This document shows, in pieces, positions 38,093-47,410 of a stretch of DNA of 64,000 bases. Both the position numbers and the translations under genes were made by a program. A model generated the notes under the pieces. The model saw nothing but the letters and a program-made list of their open reading frames with translations, ran no database searches and had not been told where the DNA came from. Numbering within the stretch: the stretch's first letter is position 1; the number at the start of each line of letters is the position of its first letter. Source of the stretch: a candidate division FCPU426 bacterium (GTDB taxonomy: Bacteria; Oederibacteriota; Muellerivitia; Muellerivitales; Muellerivitaceae); the NCBI GenBank assembly GCA_963830915.1, contig CAWHOE010000064.1, positions 96,001 through 160,000 on the forward strand. The letters are read 5' to 3'.

Positions 38093-39220
38093 TCAGGGAT
38101 TCACGGTCGTGACGTAGGAAGCCTTGCCGTCCTGGATCTTCAAGACCACCGCCGCCTTCACCGCGTTGCGGTCGGCGTTAAGGCTGATTCGGCCCGTCAC
38201 GCCGGGATAATCCTTTGTACTCGCGATAGCGTCTCGGATATCGGCGGAAGACAGGCTCTTGGCCTGTTTCAAGGCCGCCACCAGCACTCCCGTCGCGTCA
38301 TAAGCCAGCGTGGCCAAGGCGTCCGGCACGTGCTTGTAGCGGTCCTGGTACTTCTTGATGAAGGCCTGCACCTTGGGGTCCACCGAATCGGTCGTGAAAT
38401 GGTCCGAGCGGTAGCACCCGTCCAAGGCCTTCCCGCCGATCTCATAAAGTTTGGGGGAATCCCACCCGTCGCCGCCCATCAAGGGTACCTTGATCCCCAG
38501 TTCCCGGGCCTGCTTGGCCATCAGCCCCACCTCGGTGTAATAGCCCGGCACGAAGATGACGTCCGGGGCCTTCTCCCGGATGGTGGTCAATTGGGACTTG
38601 AAGTCGATGTCCCCCTGCACGTAGCTCTGGTCGGTCACGATGGTCCCGCCCTTTTCCTGGAACCGTTTGATGAAGTAATCGGCCAGGCCCATGCTGTAGT
38701 CGCTCTTCTGGTCGCGGAATACCGCCGCCGTCTTGGCCTTCAGGTTGGTGAGCGCGAAGTCGGCCATGACCTGGCCCTGGAAGGGATCGATGAAGCAGAC
38801 CCGGAAGATGTAATCCCCCACCTGGGTGACCTTGGGGTTGGTGGAAGAGGGGGAGATCATGGGGATCTGCCGGGATTGACAAATGGGCGCCGCCGCCAAA
38901 GAAAGGGAGCTGGCCACCTCGCCGATGACCACCTGGACCTGGTCCTGGGTGATGAGCTTGGTCACTCCGACCGCCGCGACCTCGGGCTTGCCCTGATCAT
39001 CCACGCTGGTCACGACCAATTTCTTGCCGTTCACCCCTCCCGCCGCGTTGGCCTCATCCAGCGCCAGTCGCATACCCTCATCGTTGGAGATGCCGAAGGT
39101 GGCCTGGGAGCCGGTCAGGGAAGCGAATTCCCCGATGCGTATCTCATTGGGGTTGATCTTGGGACCGCAGGAAAGACTGAGGATGGCGATGGTGGAAAGG
39201 ACGAAAAGGGTTCGGCGCAT
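38093..39220 (-). CDS. livK: Branched-chain amino acid ABC substrate-binding lipoprotein
   Basis: LSC lipobox, SLTG..A.FG, FRVCFIDPFQG, GGDGWDS. Confidence 0.92.
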   Translation of the reverse strand: MRRTLFVLSTIAILSLSCGPKINPNEIRIGEFASLTGSQATFGISNDEGMRLALDEANAAGGVNGKKLVVTSVDDQGKPEVAAVGVTKLITQDQVQVVIGEVASSLSLAAAPICQSRQIPMISPSSTNPKVTQVGDYIFRVCFIDPFQGQVMADFALTNLKAKTAAVFRDQKSDYSMGLADYFIKRFQEKGGTIVTDQSYVQGDIDFKSQLTTIREKAPDVIFVPGYYTEVGLMAKQARELGIKVPLMGGDGWDSPKLYEIGGKALDGCYRSDHFTTDSVDPKVQAFIKKYQDRYKHVPDALATLAYDATGVLVAALKQAKSLSSADIRDAIASTKDYPGVTGRISLNADRNAVKAAVVLKIQDGKASYVTTVNP

Positions 39221-39314
39221 GGAGGACTCCTTCGAGATATTTAAGTCGGCGCTAGGATAGGTAAGAACAGGAAGAGCGTCAAGACGAGGAATGGTCGGCG
39301 GAACCGTCAAAAAA

Positions 39315-41534
39315 CTAGAACTTTTTCCCGTAAAGCCTCAGGGCGTTCAGGACCACCGCGATGGAGGAGAAGGACATGGACAGAGCGGCTACCGAGGGCG
39401 GGACCTGGGCCAGGACCGCCAAGGGAATGGCCAGCAGGTTATAGCCGAAGGCCCAATAGAGGTTCTGGCGGATGACCTGGAAGGTTCCCCGCGAGATGCG
39501 CAGAGCCTCGATGACCTTGCTCAGGTCCCCTTGCATCAGCACCATGTCGCCCGCTTCCTTGGTCACGTCCGCTCCGCCGCCCATGGCGATACCCAGGTTG
39601 GCGGTCGACAAGGCCGCCGCGTCGTTGAACCCGTCCCCCACCATGACGACCTTCTTGCCGTGCATCTGCAGGGCCTTGATGTAATCCACCTTCTCCAAGG
39701 GGTTCATGCTGGCCTTCACGATATCCACGCCGACCCGATGACCCAGCCTCTGGGCCACCACTTCCCCGTCGCCCGTGAGCAAATGCACCTGGATGCCCAT
39801 CTTCTTCAGGTCCAGGATGACATCCTTGGAATTGGCCCGGGGCGGGTCTTCCATCACCAGGATGGCCGCGATCTTTCCTTCCAGGGCCATGAGCGAGACG
39901 GTCTGTCCCCCCTGACGGTAGGCTTCCACGTTGGCCCTGACCTGGGCCGAGGACACGATCGATTCCATTGATTCGATGAAGGCCTTGGTGCCGATGGCCA
40001 CCTCATGGCCCTCCACCATGCCGGTCAGTCCCGCGCCAGGAACTTCCACGACCCTTTCCGCTTTAGGGATGATGAGGTCCAACACCATGGCTTCCCTCAG
40101 GACCGCCGAGGCCAGGGGATGATTGGTCCTTAATTCCAGCGAGGCCGCGTAGCGCAATATCTTTTCCTCGTCCAAACCGTCCATCACCAGGATATCCACC
40201 AGCCGGGGTCGGCCCTCGGTCAGGGTGCCTGTCTTATCGAAAACGATCGTGTCGATCTTGCTGGAACTCTCCAATACCCCCGCCCTGCGGATGAGGATGC
40301 TGCGTTTGGCCGCCACGCCGATCCCCACCATCAGGGCGATGGGTGTGGCCAATCCCAGGGCGCAGGGACAGGCGATGACCAAGACCGCGATGGCGTGGGA
40401 AAGCCCGATGTTGAAAGCCTTGTCCCCGATATCCATCCAACCCAGAACGGTCAGGATGGCGACGACGAGCACGAAAGGCACGAAGAGGGCCGCGGCGATG
40501 TCTGCGTTGCGCTGGATAGGGGCTTTGGAACCTTGGGCTTCCTCGACCAAGCGGATGACGCCCGCCAGGGCCGTTCCCTCGCCCACGGCCAGGGCGGCAA
40601 TGGTGAAACTGTTGTGCTGGTTGACGGTCCCGGCGAATACCTTGTGGCCCACTTTCTTTTCCACCGGCATGGACTCCCCGGTCATGAGGGACTCGTCCAC
40701 CTTCCCCTTGCCCTCGATCACTTCCCCATCCACCGGGATGGTCTCCCCCGGGTTCACGCATAGGATGTCACCAGGCGCCACCATCTCCACCGGCATATCC
40801 TCCAGGCTGTTGGCCTTGACCACGTGGGCCATTCGGGGTTTCAGGTCCATCATCATTTCCATGGCCCGGTTGGCTCGGCGCTTGGTCAATATCTCCAGGT
40901 AACGTCCCAGGCTGACGAAGAAAATGATCAGACTGGCCGCGTCGAAATAAAGGGGGACTTGGACACCAAAAAGGGCAGGCACGGACGCGAAGAAAGCCGT
41001 GGAGGAACCCAGGGAGATGAGCGTATCCATCGTCACCTCGCCCCGTCTCAAGCCTTTCAAGGCCGCCTGGTGGAAAGGCCAACCCACCACCGCGTAGACC
41101 GGGAGGGACAGGAGGAACTGAGGCCAGAGGGCAAGGTGGAATTTCATGAAAGGCATCAGCAGATGTTGCAGAAGGAGGGGCGCCGCCAACAGCCCGCCCA
41201 AGACCAGCCGCCAGCGAAGGCGCATGGCCTCTTCCCGGTACATCTCGACGGCCCGCCGATCGGAGGTGTAAGGCGTCAGACCGTACCCCGCCTTTTCGAT
41301 CACGCCCTGGAGCGCGGGTATTTCGGGTTGGACCGGATCCATTTGAATGTAGGCTTTTTGGGAAGCGAAATTGACCGCCGCTTTTTTGACCCCGGGGATT
41401 TGCCTGAGTTTTCGTTCGATGCGGGTGGCGCAAGAAGCGCAGGTCATGCCGCTGACCGTCATGATGACTGAACGGTCGGTGTTTTCCGGCTTGATCTCAG
41501 GGCGAGGCAGGGTGGCTTCCATGGAGGTTCTCAT
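39315..41534 (-). CDS. copA: Cu(I)-exporting P1B ATPase
   Basis: GMTCASC HMA domain, TGES, CPCALGLA, DKTGT, HP, YN/MxxSS motifs. Confidence 0.95.
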   Translation of the reverse strand: MRTSMEATLPRPEIKPENTDRSVIMTVSGMTCASCATRIERKLRQIPGVKKAAVNFASQKAYIQMDPVQPEIPALQGVIEKAGYGLTPYTSDRRAVEMYREEAMRLRWRLVLGGLLAAPLLLQHLLMPFMKFHLALWPQFLLSLPVYAVVGWPFHQAALKGLRRGEVTMDTLISLGSSTAFFASVPALFGVQVPLYFDAASLIIFFVSLGRYLEILTKRRANRAMEMMMDLKPRMAHVVKANSLEDMPVEMVAPGDILCVNPGETIPVDGEVIEGKGKVDESLMTGESMPVEKKVGHKVFAGTVNQHNSFTIAALAVGEGTALAGVIRLVEEAQGSKAPIQRNADIAAALFVPFVLVVAILTVLGWMDIGDKAFNIGLSHAIAVLVIACPCALGLATPIALMVGIGVAAKRSILIRRAGVLESSSKIDTIVFDKTGTLTEGRPRLVDILVMDGLDEEKILRYAASLELRTNHPLASAVLREAMVLDLIIPKAERVVEVPGAGLTGMVEGHEVAIGTKAFIESMESIVSSAQVRANVEAYRQGGQTVSLMALEGKIAAILVMEDPPRANSKDVILDLKKMGIQVHLLTGDGEVVAQRLGHRVGVDIVKASMNPLEKVDYIKALQMHGKKVVMVGDGFNDAAALSTANLGIAMGGGADVTKEAGDMVLMQGDLSKVIEALRISRGTFQVIRQNLYWAFGYNLLAIPLAVLAQVPPSVAALSMSFSSIAVVLNALRLYGKKF

Positions 41535-41569
41535 TATAGTAGGTTCGGGGAAAGTAAACCCCGGGGTAT

Positions 41570-41776
41570 CTAGAGACTAGCTTTAAAACCTTCCTGTTCC
41601 ACCGCCTGGATGGCCGCCTTCGGGTCCAGGGTGTCCTCGTGGGTCACCACCGCCTTCTTCTCTTCCAGGCTAACCTCAGCCTGGACCACGCCCTTGACCG
41701 AAGTCAGGGCTTCCCGGACCGTCTTCAGGCAATGCTGGCAGGTCATCCCATCGATCTTGATCGTTGTTTGGGTCAT
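41570..41776 (-). CDS. copZ: Copper chaperone (HMA domain)
   Basis: GMTCQHC, 68 aa, directly upstream of copA. Confidence 0.92.
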   Translation of the reverse strand: MTQTTIKIDGMTCQHCLKTVREALTSVKGVVQAEVSLEEKKAVVTHEDTLDPKAAIQAVEQEGFKASL

Positions 41777-42084
41777 GGCGGAGTCCTCTTTGGCTAGGTC
41801 TTTACTTGCTTTGATTATGTTGTTTCTAAGATTTTTATTTCAAGCTTTCTATATATAAGGCCGAAAGGCGAATAAAACGAATTTTACTGCCTGTATTAAA
41901 ACGGGAAACTAAGGGGATTAATTCAATATTCACATATTTCGTTATTTTCCCAGGCATTGTTTAGGGTTGAATTGGGTCCCAGTGCCGAACCATAATGGGC
42001 ACTCGTTTTTTAGCGGTCACCACAACCCGGATCATTCAGACTCCAGCGAATCCAACGAACTCACTAATCATTACGGAGGAAATC

Positions 42085-44094
42085 ATGTCGGCAAATACCC
42101 CACGGTTGAACTTGGTACAAAAGATCATCAACGCCCACCTGGTCACGGGTAAACCCGTCGCCGGGGAGGAGATCGGCATCCGGATCGACCAGACCCTCAC
42201 CCAGGACGCTACCGGCACCATGGCTTACCTGCAATTCGAGGCCATGGGCATCCCCAAGGTCCAAACCAAGCTTTCCGTCTCCTATGTGGACCATAACATG
42301 CTCCAGACCGGCTTCGAGAACGCCGACGACCATCGCTACCTGCAGACCATCGCCTCCAAATACGGAATTTACTTCTCCCGGCCTGGCAACGGCATCTGCC
42401 ACCAGGTCCACCTGGAACGCTTCGGTGTCCCGGGCCAGACCCTTTTAGGCTCCGATTCCCACACCCCCACCTGCGGGGGCCTGGGCCAGTTGGCCATAGG
42501 CGCCGGCGGGTTGGACGTGGCTGTCGCCATGGGCGGTGGACCTTTCTTCATGACCATGCCCAAGGTATTGCGGGTGGAGCTGAAAGGTAAACTCCAGCCC
42601 TGGGTGACCGCCAAGGACATCATCCTGGAAGTCCTCAGGCGCCTGACTGTCAAGGGCGGGGTTGGCAAGATCCTGGAATATACCGGCCCCGGCGTGAAGA
42701 GCCTTTCCCTGACCGAGCGGGCCACCATTACCAATATGGGGGCTGAGCTAGGGGCCACTACCTCGGTCTTCCCCTCTGACGAGAATACCCGGGAATATAT
42801 GCAGGCCCAGGGAAGGGTCAAGTCCTGGACTCCCTTGGCCGCCGATACGGGCGCCGCTTATGACGAGGAACTCATCATCGACCTGAACAAGCTGGAGCCC
42901 CTCATCGCCCAGCCCCACGGGCCGGACAACGTTATCGAGGCCGGCAAGCTGAAGGACGTGGCCGTGGCCCAGGTTTGCGTGGGTTCCTGCACCAACAGCT
43001 CCTACCGGGACCTGATGATGGTCGCCAAGATATTGAAGGGTAAGCACGTGCATCCCGGGGTCTCCATGACCGTCACCCCGGGCTCCAAGCAGGTATTCGA
43101 GATGATCGCCCAGAACGGGGCCCTGGCCGATATCATCGCCGCCGGCGCCCGTATCCTGGAATCGGCTTGCGGACCTTGCATCGGCATGGGCCAGGCTCCC
43201 CCCTCGGGCGCTGTCTCCATCCGAAGCTTCAACCGCAACTTCGAGGGCCGGTCCGGGACCCGCGACGCCAAGGTCTACCTGGCCTCCCCGGAGCTCTGCG
43301 CGGCCTGCGCGTTGGAAGGCAAGATCATCGATCCCCGCAAATTGGGGAAATTGCCCAAGGTTACCGTCCCCGAGAAGTTCATGCTCGATGACGAAGGCAT
43401 CATCGCCCCCGCCCAGGACCCCAAGAAGGTCGAGGTCCTCCGGGGCCCGAACATCAAACCCTTGCCGGTCAACGCGCCCCTGGGCGACAAGATGGCGGGG
43501 CCGGTCCTTTTGAAGGTTCAGGACAACATCACCACCGACCACATCATGCCGGCGGGGTCCAAGGTATTGCCCTTAAGGTCCAATATCCCGGCCATTTCCG
43601 AGTATGTGTTCAATATCATCGATTCCACCTTCCCCAAACGCGCCAAGGAGGCCGGTGGCGGCTTCGTGGTGGGCGGGGAGAATTACGGACAGGGTTCCTC
43701 TAGGGAACACGCGGCCCTGGCCCCCATGTACTTGGGCCTGAAGGCGGTGCTGGTGAAGAGCTTCGCCCGCATCCACCGGGCCAACCTGATCAACTTCGGC
43801 ATCCTGCCCCTGACCTTCGTCACCCCGGCCGATTATGACACCGTCAACCAGGGCGACCAGTTCGAGATCCCGGACCTGAAGCAGGTCATCAAGGTGGACC
43901 ATCCCTTCCCGGTGAAGGACCTGACCACCGAGAAGTCCATCCAGGTGGTGCATAACCTGACCGAGCGCCAGAAGGACATCATCCTGGCGGGAGGCTTGTT
44001 GAATTACACCAAGCAGAAGAACGCCGAGGCGGCCGCCGCCGCGGTGAAACCCGCCAAGGCCCCCAAGGCCGCGGCGAAAGCCAAGAAGAAGTAA
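42085..44094 (+). CDS. acn: Aconitate hydratase
   Basis: DQTLTQDATG, DSHT, GSCTN, CGPCIG, TTDHI, GSSREHA, FARIH; GGAGG RBS. Confidence 0.95.
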   Translation: MSANTPRLNLVQKIINAHLVTGKPVAGEEIGIRIDQTLTQDATGTMAYLQFEAMGIPKVQTKLSVSYVDHNMLQTGFENADDHRYLQTIASKYGIYFSRPGNGICHQVHLERFGVPGQTLLGSDSHTPTCGGLGQLAIGAGGLDVAVAMGGGPFFMTMPKVLRVELKGKLQPWVTAKDIILEVLRRLTVKGGVGKILEYTGPGVKSLSLTERATITNMGAELGATTSVFPSDENTREYMQAQGRVKSWTPLAADTGAAYDEELIIDLNKLEPLIAQPHGPDNVIEAGKLKDVAVAQVCVGSCTNSSYRDLMMVAKILKGKHVHPGVSMTVTPGSKQVFEMIAQNGALADIIAAGARILESACGPCIGMGQAPPSGAVSIRSFNRNFEGRSGTRDAKVYLASPELCAACALEGKIIDPRKLGKLPKVTVPEKFMLDDEGIIAPAQDPKKVEVLRGPNIKPLPVNAPLGDKMAGPVLLKVQDNITTDHIMPAGSKVLPLRSNIPAISEYVFNIIDSTFPKRAKEAGGGFVVGGENYGQGSSREHAALAPMYLGLKAVLVKSFARIHRANLINFGILPLTFVTPADYDTVNQGDQFEIPDLKQVIKVDHPFPVKDLTTEKSIQVVHNLTERQKDIILAGGLLNYTKQKNAEAAAAAVKPAKAPKAAAKAKKK

Positions 44095-44115
44095 GCACAC
44101 CCGGGAGGGTTGAGG

Positions 44116-44343
44116 ATGTCCTTGGAAACATTGCCGTCTGGCACGCCTTTCGATCCGGCGGCCCATCCCAGGATGAACATCGACATTTCCGCCCGGAAGC
44201 CTGGTGACGTGGTCCTTTATACCGGACCGCATCTTTGTGTCACATGCGCCCAGGCTAACCGTATTACCAACCCCTATCTGAAGGCAGGGGATAGGGCTCC
44301 CGAGTGCCCCCATTGCGGCGCCCATGCCCGGTGGGAACCCTGA
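44116..44343 (+). CDS. Small zinc-ribbon protein
   Basis: CVTC...CPHC, ending in a Trp. Confidence 0.65.
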   Translation: MSLETLPSGTPFDPAAHPRMNIDISARKPGDVVLYTGPHLCVTCAQANRITNPYLKAGDRAPECPHCGAHARWEP

Positions 44344-44452
44344 TTTTTCCCCCCATTGGACGGTTTCTAACCTCCTAAATCGTTGCTTATTGGTCTGATT
44401 TTATAAATAATGGAACGTTGTTTCGTTCATTCTTTCAAGTTCAGGGGTTGAA

Positions 44453-45388
44453 TTGGCGCACGATTTTACAATTACCTTCCGGGGGGTTCGGGGAAGCTTT
44501 CCCGTTCCAGGCCCGACAACGCTCAAGATCGGCGGAAATTCCTCCTGCGTCCAGGTGAATGTCCTGGACCATACGATCTTCCTGGACGCGGGCACCGGCC
44601 TGATCGGCGCGGGCCAGCAGATGGTCCGTAACTTCTTCGCCAACCGCGAAAAGCTCAAGCGTCTTTACGCGACCATCCTCATCTCCCACACCCATCACGA
44701 CCACATCATGGGTCTTCCCTTCTTTTCACCTCTTTATCTTGGCGACGCGCACATCTCCATTTTCGGCCCTTCCGTCTACGGCCCAGTAGAATCCAAGACC
44801 GACTTGCAGTACGTCCTGGAAATGATGATGGATCAGATGTTCTATCCCATCGACTTGAAGGAGACCAACTCGGTCAAGAACATTCAAACGCTGAAACCTT
44901 TCGACCAGGTCCTGCTTGCCGAGGGTGAGGCTGAGCCTGAGCTGGTGAATATCCAATCCGAGGTTAAGACCACTTTCAAGGATAAGGTCATCGTCAGCCA
45001 GTACCGGGCCTACAACCACCCGAAGAACGGCACCCTGGTCTATAAGCTCCAATACGCGGGGAAATCCATCGTATACGCCACCGACATCGAGGGTTACGTC
45101 GATGGCGACCGCCGGCTCATCCAGTTCTCACGCGGCGCGGACCTTCTCATCCATGACGCCCAGTACACCCATGAACAATACACCGGTCCGGTCCCGACCC
45201 AGGGATTCGGCCATTCCACTCCCGAGATGGCCTGCGCCGTGGCCCGGGAAGCGGGGGTCAAGCAGTTGGTCCTCTACCATCACGATCCAGGCCATGACGA
45301 CGCTTTCGTCTCCGAAAAGGAAGCTAACGCTAAAAAACTTTTCACCAATACCATCGTGGCATATGAGGGATTAACTATCCCGGTTTGA
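44453..45388 (+). CDS. MBL-fold metallo-hydrolase
   Basis: GVRGS, DAGTG, SHTHHDH, HDAQY, GHS, HHDP. Confidence 0.92.
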   Translation: MAHDFTITFRGVRGSFPVPGPTTLKIGGNSSCVQVNVLDHTIFLDAGTGLIGAGQQMVRNFFANREKLKRLYATILISHTHHDHIMGLPFFSPLYLGDAHISIFGPSVYGPVESKTDLQYVLEMMMDQMFYPIDLKETNSVKNIQTLKPFDQVLLAEGEAEPELVNIQSEVKTTFKDKVIVSQYRAYNHPKNGTLVYKLQYAGKSIVYATDIEGYVDGDRRLIQFSRGADLLIHDAQYTHEQYTGPVPTQGFGHSTPEMACAVAREAGVKQLVLYHHDPGHDDAFVSEKEANAKKLFTNTIVAYEGLTIPV

Positions 45389-45500
45389 TTAAAAATCCTT
45401 GAATCCCTGTCGTAAGGGGACGAAGGTCTCACCATCCCCGTTTATTTCCAGACAAAGCTCCGCCCTCAGTTGTGATCACTCATTTAAATCTTTGGGTGTT

Positions 45501-46181
45501 TCAGTTGGTTTTGTATTTTTCGATCTTGGCTTCCAGGTCGGCCAGCTCATCCTCGGTAGGTTCCACGCTCATTTCCAGCATATCCGACATCTGGCTGAAA
45601 ATATCGAACAGGACCGACCAGAGTTCCTCCCGCGAGAGGTTCTCCTGACAGATGAAATAACGCAGGAATAATTGGAACCGGATGCTGTTCTCGAACAGGT
45701 TGAGGCACTGCACGCCCAGCAGGTCCGTCGAGACCAGTGAGAAGGTCTTCAGGACCACCTCAACCTCGTCGAAGATGGTCTTGAGCATGTCGCGGATGTC
45801 GATGCCCTGGATGGCGTCGTAATAGACCGTGTCGAAATCCTCACGGACCAATCCCGGGCGGGACAGTTCGTCGAACCGGCGGAAAACGTCCTGGAATTTC
45901 CGTCCGCTGTCCTGGACCGCCTCCACCAGCCCCACCAGCTCCGCCACCTGGGGCAGGAAGTTCTTTTTGTTCAATTCTCGGTTGGTCGCCAGCTCGTTGA
46001 TGAATTGGATGTAATGGTAGGTACTGTTGGAGCAAAGCTCGAAAGCCTCGCCCAGGTCGTGGATCATCCCCTCGGGGGCCTTGCCTTGCTTCAGTTGTTT
46101 TTCGACGCGCTGCCGGAAATTGTCCTCCGGCTTCCAGCCTTTGACGCTCTCGAGAAATTGTTCGGGTGTGATCTGGTCCAT
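45501..46181 (-). CDS. Hypothetical helical protein (226 aa)
   Basis: Long ORF with host-like GC3 codon use; no motif recognised. Confidence 0.75.
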   Translation of the reverse strand: MDQITPEQFLESVKGWKPEDNFRQRVEKQLKQGKAPEGMIHDLGEAFELCSNSTYHYIQFINELATNRELNKKNFLPQVAELVGLVEAVQDSGRKFQDVFRRFDELSRPGLVREDFDTVYYDAIQGIDIRDMLKTIFDEVEVVLKTFSLVSTDLLGVQCLNLFENSIRFQLFLRYFICQENLSREELWSVLFDIFSQMSDMLEMSVEPTEDELADLEAKIEKYKTN

Positions 46182-46243
46182 GACGGGGTTATTTCACCAT
46201 TAAGCCGGGGCTTTTTCCATTAAGAAACCAACGAAAACCAATT

Positions 46244-46354
46244 AACCACCAAGGTCACCAAGACCACCAAGAAAGACAAAGAGGGCCTTTTTCAAATACT
46301 TTAGAGAATCATTGGTTTTAATTTATTCTTGGTGAACTTGGTGCCCTTGGTGGT
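46244..46354. repeat. CCAC...GTGG periodic-arm palindrome, copy 5 (CACCAAG, 9-nt period)
   Basis: AACCACCAAGGTCACCAAGACCACCAAGAA ... TTCTTGGTGAACTTGGTGCCCTTGGTGGT. Confidence 0.88.
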
Positions 46355-46359
46355 AAAAA

Positions 46360-47214
46360 TTATCTTTGCTTTTGTCTGATGGTTTTTATCCGGTCCCGGA
46401 GTTTCTCCAGGAATTGGTAAGGCGGGCGCCCCTGCCCCAACTGGATGCCGGGCTTGTGGTCCCCATGGAAGTCGCTTCCTCCCGTGGTCAGCAACCCGAA
46501 CTCCTTGGCCAAAGCCGCGTAGGTCCTTTGGTTCTCCGGGTTGTGGTCCGGATGGACCACTTCCAATCCGTCCATCCCCAGGGCGGCCAATTCCTTGACC
46601 ATCCGGCGTAGGTCCTCGCCCTTCAATTTCATCTGTACCGGGTGGGCGACGACCGCCGCTCCCCCCGACCCATGGATCATCTCGACGCATTCCTCGACCG
46701 ACCAGGCCGCCTTGGACACATAGGCCGGAGCGCCCTTGGTCAGGTATTTATGGAAAGCTTCCTCATAGGAGGCCACGTATCCCTTGGAGTGCAGAGCCCG
46801 GGCGATATGAGGCCGGCCGATCTGTCCTTTGGCCTGGCTTATCTGCTGGACCTCCAGCAGGGTCAGGTCCATGCCCAACTCCTTAAGCTTCTCCAGGATG
46901 CGGGGATTGCGTTCCGCCCTGGCCTTTTGGAACTTTTTCAGTTTATCCCTCATGGGGCCGTCCTGGTCGAAACCGTAACCCAGGATATGAAGGGTGCCTG
47001 GCTGGAATTGGGCTGAGAGCTCTACCCCGGCGATGACTTCCAGACCGAGCTTGTTCATTTCCTCGACCAACTGGGGAATGCCGTCGATGGTGTCATGGTC
47101 CGTCAGGGCGACCGCGTCAACAGCCTGGGCCTTCGCCAGGTTGGCCAACTCGACCGGGTTCAGTGTCCCGTCCGAATGGTTGGTATGCATGTGCAGGTCC
47201 GCGACGGTTTTCAT
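46360..47214 (-). CDS. PHP domain phosphoesterase
   Basis: DLHMHT..SDG, TDHD, GVELS, HILGY, AHP, GGSDFHG. Confidence 0.93.
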   Translation of the reverse strand: MKTVADLHMHTNHSDGTLNPVELANLAKAQAVDAVALTDHDTIDGIPQLVEEMNKLGLEVIAGVELSAQFQPGTLHILGYGFDQDGPMRDKLKKFQKARAERNPRILEKLKELGMDLTLLEVQQISQAKGQIGRPHIARALHSKGYVASYEEAFHKYLTKGAPAYVSKAAWSVEECVEMIHGSGGAAVVAHPVQMKLKGEDLRRMVKELAALGMDGLEVVHPDHNPENQRTYAALAKEFGLLTTGGSDFHGDHKPGIQLGQGRPPYQFLEKLRDRIKTIRQKQR

Positions 47215-47234
47215 CTTCTCCCCTTAAAAACTAT

Positions 47235-47365
47235 TAACCACAGATGCACACAGATTTGGCTAAAGACGAATTCGGATCAAACCTCACAGATTCTTTTAAC
47301 CCTTTTAATTTGTATTTGCTGAATCTAAATCCGTATCTGTGTTTATCTGTGTCCATCTGTGGTTA
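47235..47365. repeat. CCAC...GTGG periodic-arm palindrome, copy 6 (CACAGAT, 10-nt period)
   Basis: TAACCACAGATGCACACAGAT ... ATCTGTGTTTATCTGTGTCCATCTGTGGTTA. Confidence 0.85.
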
Positions 47366-47410
47366 CTGAACTTTGGTGGCGGTATTATTCGGGAAAGGAC
47401 CTCTCGAAAG

